Source: Deltaproteobacteria bacterium HGW-Deltaproteobacteria-2 (GTDB lineage: Bacteria; Desulfobacterota; Syntrophia; Syntrophales; Smithellaceae). Taken from it: DNA of 64,000 nt. The DNA is taken from the NCBI GenBank assembly GCA_002840505.1, contig PHBC01000002.1:517544-581543 (forward strand), read 5' to 3'. Position numbers and translations under genes: made by a program. The notes beneath the pieces are model-generated. The model worked only from the letters and a program-made list of their open reading frames with translations, was not told the origin of the DNA and ran no database searches. Of this stretch, positions 23,871 to 33,241 are shown piece by piece (the stretch's first letter is position 1; each line of letters starts with the position of its first letter).

Positions 23871-24656
23871 TTACTGAGCCGACAATCCGCCATCCACGTG
23901 GAAAATACTACCAGTGATGTAGTCCGAGGCTTTGGATGCCAAAAAGACGGTCAGGCCTTTGATCTCGTCCTCATCGCCGTACATTTTGAGTGGAATAGCA
24001 GCCACGGTAAGGTCAAGAATCTGTTTATTCTCCGGCTTGAAGATATAGGACATCATATCGGTCTTAAAAAATCCCGGAGCAACGCAATTAACATAAATTT
24101 TGTAACGGGCTAATTTTATAGCCAGCGTCTTAGTTAAACCCTCTACTGCAAACTTGGAAGGATTATAGGCTATAGCCGGATGTTCTTCTTCATTAGAACC
24201 TCGTGAGCCATAGATTGATGAAATATTAATCATCTTGCCTCCACCCTTTTCTTTCATGATTCGAGCCACCTGCTGGGACAGGATCCACACGCCCTTGACA
24301 TTCACGTCGAATATTTTTTCCCATTTATCCAATGGGAAATCCAGAGTTGGTGCTCCCCAGGTGAGTCCGGCGTTATTGACCAATATATCAATGGTACCGA
24401 ATTTATCCATTGTGGTTTTGACCAGGTTGTCAATATCTTCCTTTTGGGCCATATCACATTTAACAGCAAGAGACTTAACTCCCAGTTTTTCCAATTCCTT
24501 TGTTTCTTTTTCGCAGTTTTCCAGCTTGCGCGAGGCAATCACCACATTCGATCCCGCCTCAGCCAACCCCGTAGCCATGAATTTGCCAATACCTCTACCA
24601 CCACCGGTAACTAAGGAAACCTTACCTTTTAAATCAAACAAATCTTTTACATTCAT
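23871..24656 (-). CDS. Short-chain dehydrogenase/reductase (FabG / gluconate-5-dehydrogenase-like)
   Basis: VSLVTGGGRGIGKFMA (TGxxxGxG), NNAG, and the catalytic YNPSK. Confidence 0.85.
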   Translation of the reverse strand: MNVKDLFDLKGKVSLVTGGGRGIGKFMATGLAEAGSNVVIASRKLENCEKETKELEKLGVKSLAVKCDMAQKEDIDNLVKTTMDKFGTIDILVNNAGLTWGAPTLDFPLDKWEKIFDVNVKGVWILSQQVARIMKEKGGGKMINISSIYGSRGSNEEEHPAIAYNPSKFAVEGLTKTLAIKLARYKIYVNCVAPGFFKTDMMSYIFKPENKQILDLTVAAIPLKMYGDEDEIKGLTVFLASKASDYITGSIFHVDGGLSAQ

Positions 24657-24797
24657 TACAAGCTCCTTAAGTAATGTAGTTATTTACGTTGAAAGTATAT
24701 GAAGAATGATCTTTTGTGTCAATAAAATATAGATGATTAAAAATCTCAAAAATAAAGAAAATGGATTACAGCATGCACCATAACCCCTTGAAATAAA

Positions 24798-24872
24798 TGG
24801 TAGGCGGTACTGGATTTGAACCAGTGACTTCTACCGTGTGAAGGTAGCACTCTCCCGCTGAGTTAACCGCCC
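24798..24872 (-). tRNA. tRNA-Val (anticodon CAC)
   Basis: The reverse complement reads GGGCGGTTAACTCAGCGGGAGAGTGCTACCTTCACACGGTAGAAGTCACTGGTTCAAATCCAGTACCGCCTACCA. It has a 7-bp acceptor stem, a D-arm, an anticodon stem CTACC/GGTAG with loop TTCACAC, a T-arm GGTTCAAATCC and an encoded CCA. Confidence 0.9.
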
Positions 24873-25042
24873 AAGTGAAGTTTGCTATAACTTAAAGCAT
24901 CCCTTATTTCAAGAAAAAAAGTTTTTTTACATCAAGCACAAAATACCTAAGAATCAGTCTTAAGCAAATCCGGATAATGCTCAGGTGTGCGATCGTTAAA
25001 GATTTTGATTTTATTTTTTATTAAAAACTTTTAAGGCCAACC

Positions 25043-25076
25043 CCTCCGCTATCCTCTATGATGAGGATAGCGGAGG
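25043..25076 (-). terminator. Hairpin downstream of the thiolase gene
   Basis: A 14-bp perfect stem CCTCCGCTATCCTC / GAGGATAGCGGAGG with a 6-nt loop, 47 nt after the stop. The U-tract is not immediately adjacent. Confidence 0.45.
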
Positions 25077-25122
25077 AATTGTATAGAGTTACAGCTTGAA
25101 GCTAGAAGGGACAATTTGTTTG

Positions 25123-26316
25123 TTAAAGCATTTCAAATATAGCGGCAGCTCCCATTCCACCACCGATACACATGGAGACAATGCCGCGTTTTGCTTTTCG
25201 GCGTTGTAGTTCATGGAGCAACTGAGCAGTCAGTTTGGCACCCGTGCAGCCCAGTGGATGACCCAGGGCAATAGCGCCACCGTTAGGGTTAATGTCACCT
25301 GCATTCAGACGGTCTTCAATTCCGATCTTGCGGATACAGTAAAGCGCCTGTGATGCAAAGGCCTCGTTGATTTCAAACACATCAATATCCTTCGTTGTCA
25401 AACCAGCCATTTTTAGAACCTTCGGAATAGCATATGCCGGACCGACACCCATTTCTTCAGGTTTGCAACCGGCTACAGCGTAATACGCCAACTTGGCAAT
25501 CGGCTTCACACCTATAGCCTTGGCCTTTTCTGCCGTCATGACTAGAGTAAATGCGGCACCATCAGTCATCTGAGAAGAATTGGCCGCAGTGCAGTTTCCG
25601 CCCTGTTTGAATGGTGATTTCAATTTAGCCATATCCGCGATGCTGACCGGCCATCTTACACCATCATCAGTATCAAATACGAATTCCGTACGGACGCGTT
25701 TTCCATCCTTATCTTTCTTATATTTGAAGGCTTTGATGGGAATAATCTCATCCTTAAATTTACCGGCCTGGATGGCTTCATAAGCTTTACGGTTACTTTC
25801 CACACCGAACTTATCCAGATCTTCGCGGGAAACATTGTAATTCATCGCAACATTTTCCGCGGTGTTTCCCATGTTCATGTATACATTGGGCATAGTGGCG
25901 TAATCCCAGTCAGGATTGGGGCGGAAGATACCGCCGCCCATAGGGATATGGGTCATGGACTCGCAACCACCGGCGATAATTACTTCTGACCAGCCGGCGC
26001 GAATCTTCGCCGTAGCGTCAGCAATTGACTGAACACCTGATGAGCAGAAACGGTTAAGGGTCATACCGGATACCGGCTCGGGCAAACCGGCGCCGACAGC
26101 CAATACTTTACCGAAATTCATTCCTGCTTCCGCTTCAGGAAACGCACAACCGACAATTAGATCATCAATATCATTGGGATCAAGCTGGGGAACTTTCGCC
26201 AGCAAACCTTTAATAACCTGAACACCATAGACGTCGGCACGGGTATCGGCCAAACCGCCTCTTTTATATCTTCCACCGGCACTCCTTACGGATGCGACAA
26301 TGACAGCTTCACTCAT
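25123..26316 (-). CDS. Acetyl-CoA C-acyltransferase (3-ketoacyl-CoA thiolase)
   Basis: The active-site Cys context is NRFCSSGVQSI. The C-terminal motifs are GHPLGCTGAKL and CIGGGMGAAAIFE. Confidence 0.9.
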   Translation of the reverse strand: MSEAVIVASVRSAGGRYKRGGLADTRADVYGVQVIKGLLAKVPQLDPNDIDDLIVGCAFPEAEAGMNFGKVLAVGAGLPEPVSGMTLNRFCSSGVQSIADATAKIRAGWSEVIIAGGCESMTHIPMGGGIFRPNPDWDYATMPNVYMNMGNTAENVAMNYNVSREDLDKFGVESNRKAYEAIQAGKFKDEIIPIKAFKYKKDKDGKRVRTEFVFDTDDGVRWPVSIADMAKLKSPFKQGGNCTAANSSQMTDGAAFTLVMTAEKAKAIGVKPIAKLAYYAVAGCKPEEMGVGPAYAIPKVLKMAGLTTKDIDVFEINEAFASQALYCIRKIGIEDRLNAGDINPNGGAIALGHPLGCTGAKLTAQLLHELQRRKAKRGIVSMCIGGGMGAAAIFEML

Positions 26317-26403
26317 AATATATTTCCTCCTTACAGGCTTTTGTTATGTTAAATGCCGGAGGCCTGAGGCTTCAACCACAAGTCGGCCGGCATATCCTTT
26401 ATT

Positions 26404-28830
26404 TTAGTTGCGCAGGGGTTTGCCAGTTGATAAAATGGCACTTATTCTATCTTGCGTCTTCTGTTCACCGCAGAGGCTCATGAAAGCTTCTCTTTCCAGA
26501 TCCAGAATCTCCTGTTCCGTCACAAAAGTTCCTTCCGCGCAGGTTCCTCCACCTAGTACATGAGCAATCTTCATAGCAATGTGAGCATCATATTCAGAGG
26601 CGTATTTACCGGCCTTCATGTTACTGATGATAGCTCCAGCCACGCCCCGCAGATTTTCTCCCATGACGGGAATAAGAGCTGGTTTCGGCGGTTTATAGAA
26701 CTTGGACATACCCAGAACAATCTGTTTGGCTTCGAAAATCTGCATGTCTCGGCTCATGTTAATCATGCAGGTCTTACGGATAAAACCTAAATCCTGAGCT
26801 TCCTGAGCGCTTGTGGCAACCTTGGCAGTGGCGATATTTTCAAAAATCTTGCCAAAATGATACTGCATATTCAATCCGGACTCTACAACACCAGCCGGAA
26901 TTCCTTCCGTCATACGTAAGGCCATTTCCTTACAACCGCCGCCGGCTGGAATAACTCCAACACCGACTTCGACAAGACCCATGTATGTTTCACCGTTAGC
27001 TAGACAATAGTCGCCATGCATAGCGATTTCACAACCACCGCCTAGAGCCATGCCTGCTGGAGCCGTAACAACGGGCTTGGGCAGATATTTCATCTTCATA
27101 TTGGCATTCTGCAATCCTGCAACCATTTTCTCCAATTCAACCCATTGTTTTTCAGTAATGGCACACAATACAGCAAAGATGTCGGCACCGGCAGAGAACA
27201 TACGCTGATCATGGTTGGCAACGACCATACCAAGGAAATCTTTATTCACGATATCGCAACTCTCCGATATCATCTGAATCATATCGGCATTAACAGAATT
27301 CATCTTGGTATGGAATTCCAGACAGGCGACACCGTCACCAATGTCCACAAGTGTTGCAGCCGCATTTTCTTTAACGGTTTTCTTTCTTTCCTTGAGACCG
27401 GACAGTACGATGATTTTAGGATTCTCAGCCATCTTCACATAGCCCTTCTTCTTGAAATCATAGTAGGACTTGACGCCTTTACTATCGACCTTGTAGAAAG
27501 ATGTGCATTTCTTCTTCAGCATTTCTTCGATCTTGGCGGGAACTTTTTTGCCGAGTTTCTTCATTACTTCAACGGCTTCTTTAACGCCTACAGCATCCCA
27601 TGATTCAAAAGGACCAAGCTGTTGATTGTAGCCCCACTTCATAGCATTGTCTATCTCAACGATTGTATCGCATATTTCGGGAATGCGGTTGGTAGCGTAA
27701 ATGAAGTTGTTGCACATATATTCGCGCAGATAATCGCCGGCGGCATCCTGTCCGTTGAAAGCTACTTTCATACTAACTGCAACACCGGAATCGGCCCACT
27801 TCTTTGCTTCGGAAATAGACGCGAATTTTGGTTTCTGGGCTACGGCATATTCCATGGTCTTCCAGTTAATGGCGTATTTAACGTTCTTGCCGTTTTCGTC
27901 CTTTACTTTCTTGTAATAACCACCTTTGGTTTTGTTACCAAGCCACTTGTTGGCTATCATTTTTTTCGCAAATTCCGTGGGGGCAAAGGTATCACGGCAT
28001 TCATCGTCGGGAACAGCGTCATAGAGGTTCTGCGCAACATGAGTACCGATATCGAGACCGACCAGATCTATTGTTCCGAAGATTGCTGTGCCGGGACGGC
28101 CGACTGCCTTACCGACAATGGCGTCAACTTCTTCAATACTCATACCTTTTTCCATCATGACCTTACCGGCATTACACAGATCATAGACACCGACACGGTT
28201 GCCGACGAAATTGGGAACATCCTTGCATATAACAACGCCTTTACCGAGGACTTCCTCGCTGAATTTTACCATATAATCGACGACTGCCTTATCCGTATCC
28301 GCACCGGGAATGATCTCCATTAACTTCATGTACCGGGGCGGATTAAAGAAATGGGTTCCCAAAAAATGCTTCTTCAGGTTAGCGCTGAATTTAGCGGAAA
28401 TGTCTTTGATGGGAAGACCGGAGGTATTTGTGGAAACTATACATGTCGGTTTAACAACTTTTTCCACCTTGGCAAAAAGTTCCTGTTTGATTTTTAGGTT
28501 TTCGACAACAACTTCACAAACCCAGTCACAGTCGGCCAGCAATTTTAAATCGTCTTCAAAATTACCTATTGTAACCATTGAAGCATTGCTTTTCGCATAA
28601 AAACTAGCCGGTTTCGACTTGGTGACCCCAGCCAATCCGTTTGCAGCAAACCGGTTGCGCCACGCCGGGCTTTTCTCTGTTAATCCTTTCTTCTTATCGT
28701 CCTCGGTAAGTTCAAAAGGAATGATATCCAGCAAATAGCACTCAATGCCGGCATTCGTTAAATGGGCTGCGATACTCGCACCCATAACTCCCGCGCCTAA
28801 AACGGCAGCTTTCTTGATCTCCAATGACAT
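26404..28830 (-). CDS. Bifunctional 3-hydroxyacyl-CoA dehydrogenase / enoyl-CoA hydratase (FadN-type domain order)
   Basis: 808 aa. The N-terminal NAD-binding motif is AAVLGAGVMGASIAAH. The C-terminal crotonase fold shows FSAGADI and ALGGGCEIAMH. Confidence 0.9.
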   Translation of the reverse strand: MSLEIKKAAVLGAGVMGASIAAHLTNAGIECYLLDIIPFELTEDDKKKGLTEKSPAWRNRFAANGLAGVTKSKPASFYAKSNASMVTIGNFEDDLKLLADCDWVCEVVVENLKIKQELFAKVEKVVKPTCIVSTNTSGLPIKDISAKFSANLKKHFLGTHFFNPPRYMKLMEIIPGADTDKAVVDYMVKFSEEVLGKGVVICKDVPNFVGNRVGVYDLCNAGKVMMEKGMSIEEVDAIVGKAVGRPGTAIFGTIDLVGLDIGTHVAQNLYDAVPDDECRDTFAPTEFAKKMIANKWLGNKTKGGYYKKVKDENGKNVKYAINWKTMEYAVAQKPKFASISEAKKWADSGVAVSMKVAFNGQDAAGDYLREYMCNNFIYATNRIPEICDTIVEIDNAMKWGYNQQLGPFESWDAVGVKEAVEVMKKLGKKVPAKIEEMLKKKCTSFYKVDSKGVKSYYDFKKKGYVKMAENPKIIVLSGLKERKKTVKENAAATLVDIGDGVACLEFHTKMNSVNADMIQMISESCDIVNKDFLGMVVANHDQRMFSAGADIFAVLCAITEKQWVELEKMVAGLQNANMKMKYLPKPVVTAPAGMALGGGCEIAMHGDYCLANGETYMGLVEVGVGVIPAGGGCKEMALRMTEGIPAGVVESGLNMQYHFGKIFENIATAKVATSAQEAQDLGFIRKTCMINMSRDMQIFEAKQIVLGMSKFYKPPKPALIPVMGENLRGVAGAIISNMKAGKYASEYDAHIAMKIAHVLGGGTCAEGTFVTEQEILDLEREAFMSLCGEQKTQDRISAILSTGKPLRN

Positions 28831-28886
28831 GACTTTCCTCCTTTGCCTTTTCTTACTTCAATCTTTTGGATTATCTTAAATATTCA

Positions 28887-29516
28887 TCACGCTTTTTTTA
28901 AGCCCTTGATAAATATCTCCAATGCTAATTTAATTGTGGAATGAATTCTTTCTCTTCGTTTTTCCTGCGCCCCCGAAAAAATATACAGGGAGATAATTCC
29001 ATTAAGCAAACCCCAGATCGCATTTCGATTTTGCTTTAAATTAATATCTGCGGAAAATTCTTTTGACGCTGCTTCCTGAAATATTTTTCCAATAACATCT
29101 ATTGACCTGGCATTTGCGTTAATAATTTGAGAGTTAAGCTCCTCTGTTAAATTTATTTTAGCTGGTTGCAGCATGTAGGTCATAAGTATCCTGAATAATT
29201 CTGGCTCATTGAGGAAAAAATCAACATAGATACAGGAGAATTCAAACAGCAAGTCATCCACCGATTTTTTCTCATCAAATAAAACAGAAACATGCTGAGT
29301 AAAGTTATCAATATCATTCAGTAGAATTTGTGCGTAAATTTCTTCTTTACTATTAAAGTAAAGATAAATTGATCCTTTACCTAATTCGGAGGATTTGGCA
29401 ATTTCATCTACGGTAACATTATTAAAACCTTTTTTAAAGAACAGAGTTCGCGCTGATTTGAGAATTAGTTTCTTACGGTTATCTTTCTCTTTTCCTCTAC
29501 GTTCCTGAAGTCCCAA
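28887..29516 (-). CDS. TetR/AcrR-family transcriptional regulator
   Basis: The HTH region is ILKSARTLFFKKGFNNVTVDEIAKSSELGKGSIYLYFNSKEEIY. The track ORF extends to a GTG at 29588 through a palindromic operator-like site. An in-frame TTG at 29516 with the RBS-like AGGAAGAAGG upstream is preferred. Confidence 0.8.
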   Translation of the reverse strand: MGLQERRGKEKDNRKKLILKSARTLFFKKGFNNVTVDEIAKSSELGKGSIYLYFNSKEEIYAQILLNDIDNFTQHVSVLFDEKKSVDDLLFEFSCIYVDFFLNEPELFRILMTYMLQPAKINLTEELNSQIINANARSIDVIGKIFQEAASKEFSADINLKQNRNAIWGLLNGIISLYIFSGAQEKRRERIHSTIKLALEIFIKGLKKA

Positions 29517-29560
29517 AGCAACCTTCTTCCTGCCTGAAATACGCGCATATTTAAAACAAC

Positions 29561-29585
29561 GGTCAATATCTGACCAGCGGTCAGA
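29561..29585. promoter_or_regulatory. Candidate TetR operator (alternating GGTCA/TGACC half-sites)
   Basis: GGTCAatatcTGACCagcGGTCAGA includes the perfect inverted repeat TCTGACC-AGC-GGTCAGA (29569-29585). It lies immediately upstream of the preferred TetR start. Confidence 0.4.
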
Positions 29586-29993
29586 CACAAGTAAAACAAT
29601 AAACCCTAAAAGTCAAGAAAAATAAAATAATTTTTAAGATAAAAATAGTGAAATTTTTTTCTATAATTATAAGGTTAATTTTACAAGTATTTGTATTTAT
29701 GAAACAAAACATAATATTAACGGATAAACGATCGCGCCCAATGGCCGAATCAGATTTATCTTTATGCTAAAATAATTGGTGTTTATATTTCTCAACTATT
29801 ACGAACATCTTGGCATTATTATTCATTGCATATTCATAAATCCCCCCATGTTGTAATACCTATATTTCATTGACATACAAAACGCTTCTTTATATATTCC
29901 CTCTCTAAAAAGAAATTTATTATCAAATTCTTATGTCGGTTCAATAAATTTGCTTTTTCAAACTGCCTCATTCAGAAAGGTACGTGCCGAAAG

Positions 29994-31664
29994 ATGCCAA
30001 TTAATAAAGTCAGCAGATTAAACTTTCTTATCCAGATACTTCTGGGTATGACAATTTTATTCTTGTTAGTTACGTTAATTATACTAAGCATGCTGCCACC
30101 CATCGCTACCGACGCACTGATTCACCACTTAGCCATTCCCAAACTCTGGCTATTAAACGGCGGATTCTATGAAATCAAATGGTCAGTATTCTCTTATTAT
30201 CCCATGAATGTTGACCTGCTTTATCTCATACCACTTTATTTCCATAATGATATAGTTCCCAATTTTATTCATATGGGTTTTGGTATCGGAACGTCATGGC
30301 TGATTTTTCGTTATCTCAGCGATAAATTTAATCGCGTTACGGGATTATTGGGAATTCTTGTTTTTATCAGCACTCCTATAGTGATGCGGATGTCAACTGT
30401 TGCCTATGTTGATCTCGGTCTTACATTTTTTACGACAACCAGCATTCTCGCCTATCTTCATTGGCGCAATAACGGATACAATGAAAACAAATGGCTTTTT
30501 ATTTCATCTATCGCCATGGGTCTGGCCTTGGGAACAAAATATAACGCCCTGATTGCCTGGTTTGTACTATTAATGGCAATTATTTTTTTCTACTCCCGCG
30601 ATGAAAAAACACAGTGGCCGGCGGTAAAGTATGGTGCCATCTTCTTTATCATTTCTCTTCTTATATTTTCTCCCTGGCTTATAAAAAATCTGATCCTGAC
30701 AGGTAATCCTCTATTTCCTTTATTTACAGGATTTTTTAACACAAACGTTAACGGCATTGCCAATGACGGAAATACTTATAGCGTGGTTTCCGGTAACAGC
30801 TACATGGGCATGTTTAAATACCGGGCAATGCTCTATGGTGAAAGCTTCTGGGAGACATTGATGATCCCCCTGCGATTTTTTTTCCAGGGACAGGATTTTT
30901 CAGATCGTTATTTTGACGGCGTCTTAAATCCAATACTGATTATTATGATTCCTTTCGCCTTCATGAACAGATCCTTTCAAAAGGACAAATTCTTTTTTGT
31001 CCTTTTTGCCTTTTTTTTCATCCTTATGGCCTTTTTACTCGATCAACTGCGGATCCGCTATATACTTCCGGCCATACCCATCCTCGCCATTCTTACGGTA
31101 ATGGGTATAATGAATGTCTTAACCTGGTCTGCAGAAAAAGCTGCTCCAATAAAATACTTCTATACAGGAATCATTTTATTATTTCTGGTAATGTTCGGGG
31201 CTAAAAACATCATGTACTTAAGCAATTACTTTCAGAATCTTCAACCCCTCAAATATATTTGCAACATGGAAACGAGAGATGAGTACATTAACCGCCACAT
31301 GAAAAGCTATGCTGCCATGTCTTATATTAACAAACAAACACCCCCAAATTCCAGAATCAGGCTTATCTTTCTGGCTGGACGGGGATACTATCTGGATCGC
31401 CTGTACGATGACGATTCCTCTTTCGGAATGAATGTTATTCAAAATCTTGTCGCAAAATCCAACGACGATAAATTTTTTCAAAAGTATCTCCATTCGCTCG
31501 GATGCACGCATTTGCTTGTGCGAACTGATTTGTATTGGAAATATCTGCAAGATAATTATTCTCTGGAAAAAATAAACAGATTATCACGGCAAATGAAAAG
31601 GTCCACAGAAACGATTTATGAAGCCAATGGATACGTGGTATACAGGTTAATATCCCCGAACTAA
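29994..31664 (+). CDS. Polytopic membrane protein, GT-C-fold glycosyltransferase-like (ArnT/PMT_2 family-like)
   Basis: 556 aa with ~11-13 hydrophobic helices over the first ~400 aa and an acidic residue in the first loop (ATDALIHH). A soluble C-terminal domain follows. This architecture is typical of lipid-carrier-dependent glycosyltransferases. The family call is by architecture only. Confidence 0.5.
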   Translation: MPINKVSRLNFLIQILLGMTILFLLVTLIILSMLPPIATDALIHHLAIPKLWLLNGGFYEIKWSVFSYYPMNVDLLYLIPLYFHNDIVPNFIHMGFGIGTSWLIFRYLSDKFNRVTGLLGILVFISTPIVMRMSTVAYVDLGLTFFTTTSILAYLHWRNNGYNENKWLFISSIAMGLALGTKYNALIAWFVLLMAIIFFYSRDEKTQWPAVKYGAIFFIISLLIFSPWLIKNLILTGNPLFPLFTGFFNTNVNGIANDGNTYSVVSGNSYMGMFKYRAMLYGESFWETLMIPLRFFFQGQDFSDRYFDGVLNPILIIMIPFAFMNRSFQKDKFFFVLFAFFFILMAFLLDQLRIRYILPAIPILAILTVMGIMNVLTWSAEKAAPIKYFYTGIILLFLVMFGAKNIMYLSNYFQNLQPLKYICNMETRDEYINRHMKSYAAMSYINKQTPPNSRIRLIFLAGRGYYLDRLYDDDSSFGMNVIQNLVAKSNDDKFFQKYLHSLGCTHLLVRTDLYWKYLQDNYSLEKINRLSRQMKRSTETIYEANGYVVYRLISPN

Positions 31665-31878
31665 TCCGTTGGAAATAGAAAATTCAAAGAATGTTATTCG
31701 ATTAAAATAAGTTAAAAGGAATGTAATTATAGTATGCCCGTCCGGCTATTTTTCTTTGCGCATAATAATTGCATTTTACAAATTCTTCCGATTTTCCTTG
31801 TAGTACAGACTAAATATCTAAAGACTTCTCCAGACAAAAGCTTGTTTAACGATATAGCCCGTAATTGGATAAACTATA

Positions 31879-32322
31879 TTACATGTGTCTTTTTTTAAAA
31901 CTCGGAAGAAAACGAAAAACCCCAAAAATTGTAAATACAGAACCCAGAACAAGCATAAAAAAAGCCGAAACAAGCGAAGGACTACCTCCATACATGGGGA
32001 TATTACGATCGGGATTTGAGGGGTTGTATCTTATTTCCAAATTATCATTAACCTGCAGAGCATCCCACTGTTGCTTGGCGATAATACTGCTGGCGTTTAT
32101 TTTATTGCCGGTGGAAGACATAAACCAATAATCCATATAATAATTGCCGCTGCCGTCAGTAGCCGTCCGATAATGTTTTTTAGTTATATGGCCACCGGCC
32201 CGCCCGCTATACTCCTTTATACGGGTATGTTCTAAATAGATGCCCCAGCTGCCAGCCAGGAAAAAACATCCTATCCCTAGACAGATAAGTCCACCTAAAA
32301 TGCCGGAAAAAGAAACCTTCAA
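31879..32322 (-). CDS. DUF3592-like membrane protein (TM - beta domain - TM)
   Basis: 147 aa with a TTG start preceded by GGAGGT. It has an N-terminal TM, a central beta-rich region and a C-terminal TM (LVSAFFMLVLGSVFTIFGVF). Confidence 0.55.
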   Translation of the reverse strand: MKVSFSGILGGLICLGIGCFFLAGSWGIYLEHTRIKEYSGRAGGHITKKHYRTATDGSGNYYMDYWFMSSTGNKINASSIIAKQQWDALQVNDNLEIRYNPSNPDRNIPMYGGSPSLVSAFFMLVLGSVFTIFGVFRFLPSFKKRHM

Positions 32323-32429
32323 CCTTTACCTCCTGCACCAATTATGTTTTTTTATATGAGAATTGTTTGACTCATTTTAGTAGAAAACACAATAAATTAT
32401 TTTGCAAAAACAAAGTTAAGAATATTATT

Positions 32430-32472
32430 CAGACAAAAAAAGGAGCGTTATAAAACGCCCCTTTTTTGTCTG
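32430..32472 (-). terminator. Bidirectional intrinsic terminator after the major pilin gene
   Basis: CAGACAAAAAAAGGAGCGTT-ATAA-AACGCCCCTTTTTTGTCTG. A GC stem is flanked by A- and T-runs that extend the pairing. It begins 18 nt after the pilin stop. Confidence 0.65.
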
Positions 32473-32489
32473 TTATGAGTTGAATAATT

Positions 32490-32891
32490 CTATTTTGCTG
32501 CCGGGGTTACCACCAACGTACCATTGGTAACAGTATAGACTGCATTAGGTGTACCCAAACCCCAGTTTGCGGAACCGGCACATGTAATAACGAAATTACT
32601 CTCGTTAGTCCAACTACCAACTGTAGTTGATACATCGGAAGACTGAGAATATCCGCCAACTGTTAAATCTGTGGTTCCTACTGTTACACCGCTATGATCA
32701 GCACTATAGGCGATAGCGGCAGTGTAAGCATTTTTACAATCACTATTGATGGTGGCAACATAGCCTCTTTTTCTATACTGTATGAACTGCGGAATAGCGA
32801 TAGCCGCCAGAATACCGATAATCGCGATAACGATCATCAACTCAATCAACGTGAAACCTTTCTGTCCTTCTTTACGGAAAATTTTTAACAT
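32490..32891 (-). CDS. pilA: Type IV major pilin (PilA-like)
   Basis: MLKIFRKEGQKG/FTLIELMIVIAIIGILAAIAIPQFIQYRKRGY is a canonical prepilin leader and alpha1 helix. It is 133 aa with two Cys in the C-terminal half. A strong RBS AAAGGAGG lies upstream. Confidence 0.85.
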   Translation of the reverse strand: MLKIFRKEGQKGFTLIELMIVIAIIGILAAIAIPQFIQYRKRGYVATINSDCKNAYTAAIAYSADHSGVTVGTTDLTVGGYSQSSDVSTTVGSWTNESNFVITCAGSANWGLGTPNAVYTVTNGTLVVTPAAK

Positions 32892-33241
32892 AATAGACCT
32901 CCTTTTATAATAGTATTTTAATTTTTGTTGCTTGCCATGTTACTAATTAACTTTATTTTCCCTATCATACTTTATTTCTCCGACATCTTAAGTTACAGCA
33001 ACATATATGCCAAACACAGCAGACATATCGAATCCATCAATAAAAATATAATTTATTGTGTAAAATCAAAGACAAATATTTAATATGCATCTGGATGAAA
33101 GTAACTATAGATAAAGCCGCCTGCCAAAAAAGTGGTTATTTTCACCAAAACTACCGTGATTTCCACCTTCCACTAATTAATTATTCCCCCTCGTCATAAA
33201 ATATGATATTAATTACCAGTTTAAAATTAAAGAAGGTGGAA

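Noticed and set aside
24657-25122. tRNA-Val as an integration site of a genomic island
   Set aside because: No integrase, no repeat of the tRNA 3' end and no obvious compositional shift are visible. The flanking genes on both sides belong to the same metabolic theme.
32892-32960. Sigma54 (-24/-12) promoter upstream of the major pilin gene
   Set aside because: A TGGCA is present on the coding strand (…CATGGCAAGCAACAAAAA…). The required GC of the -12 element at the GG-N10-GC spacing is absent, so there is no support.
33100-33241. preQ1 riboswitch upstream of queD
   Set aside because: A CCCCTCGTCATAAAATA stretch superficially resembles the preQ1-I tail. No upstream complementary GAGGG arm or hairpin exists to form the aptamer stem.
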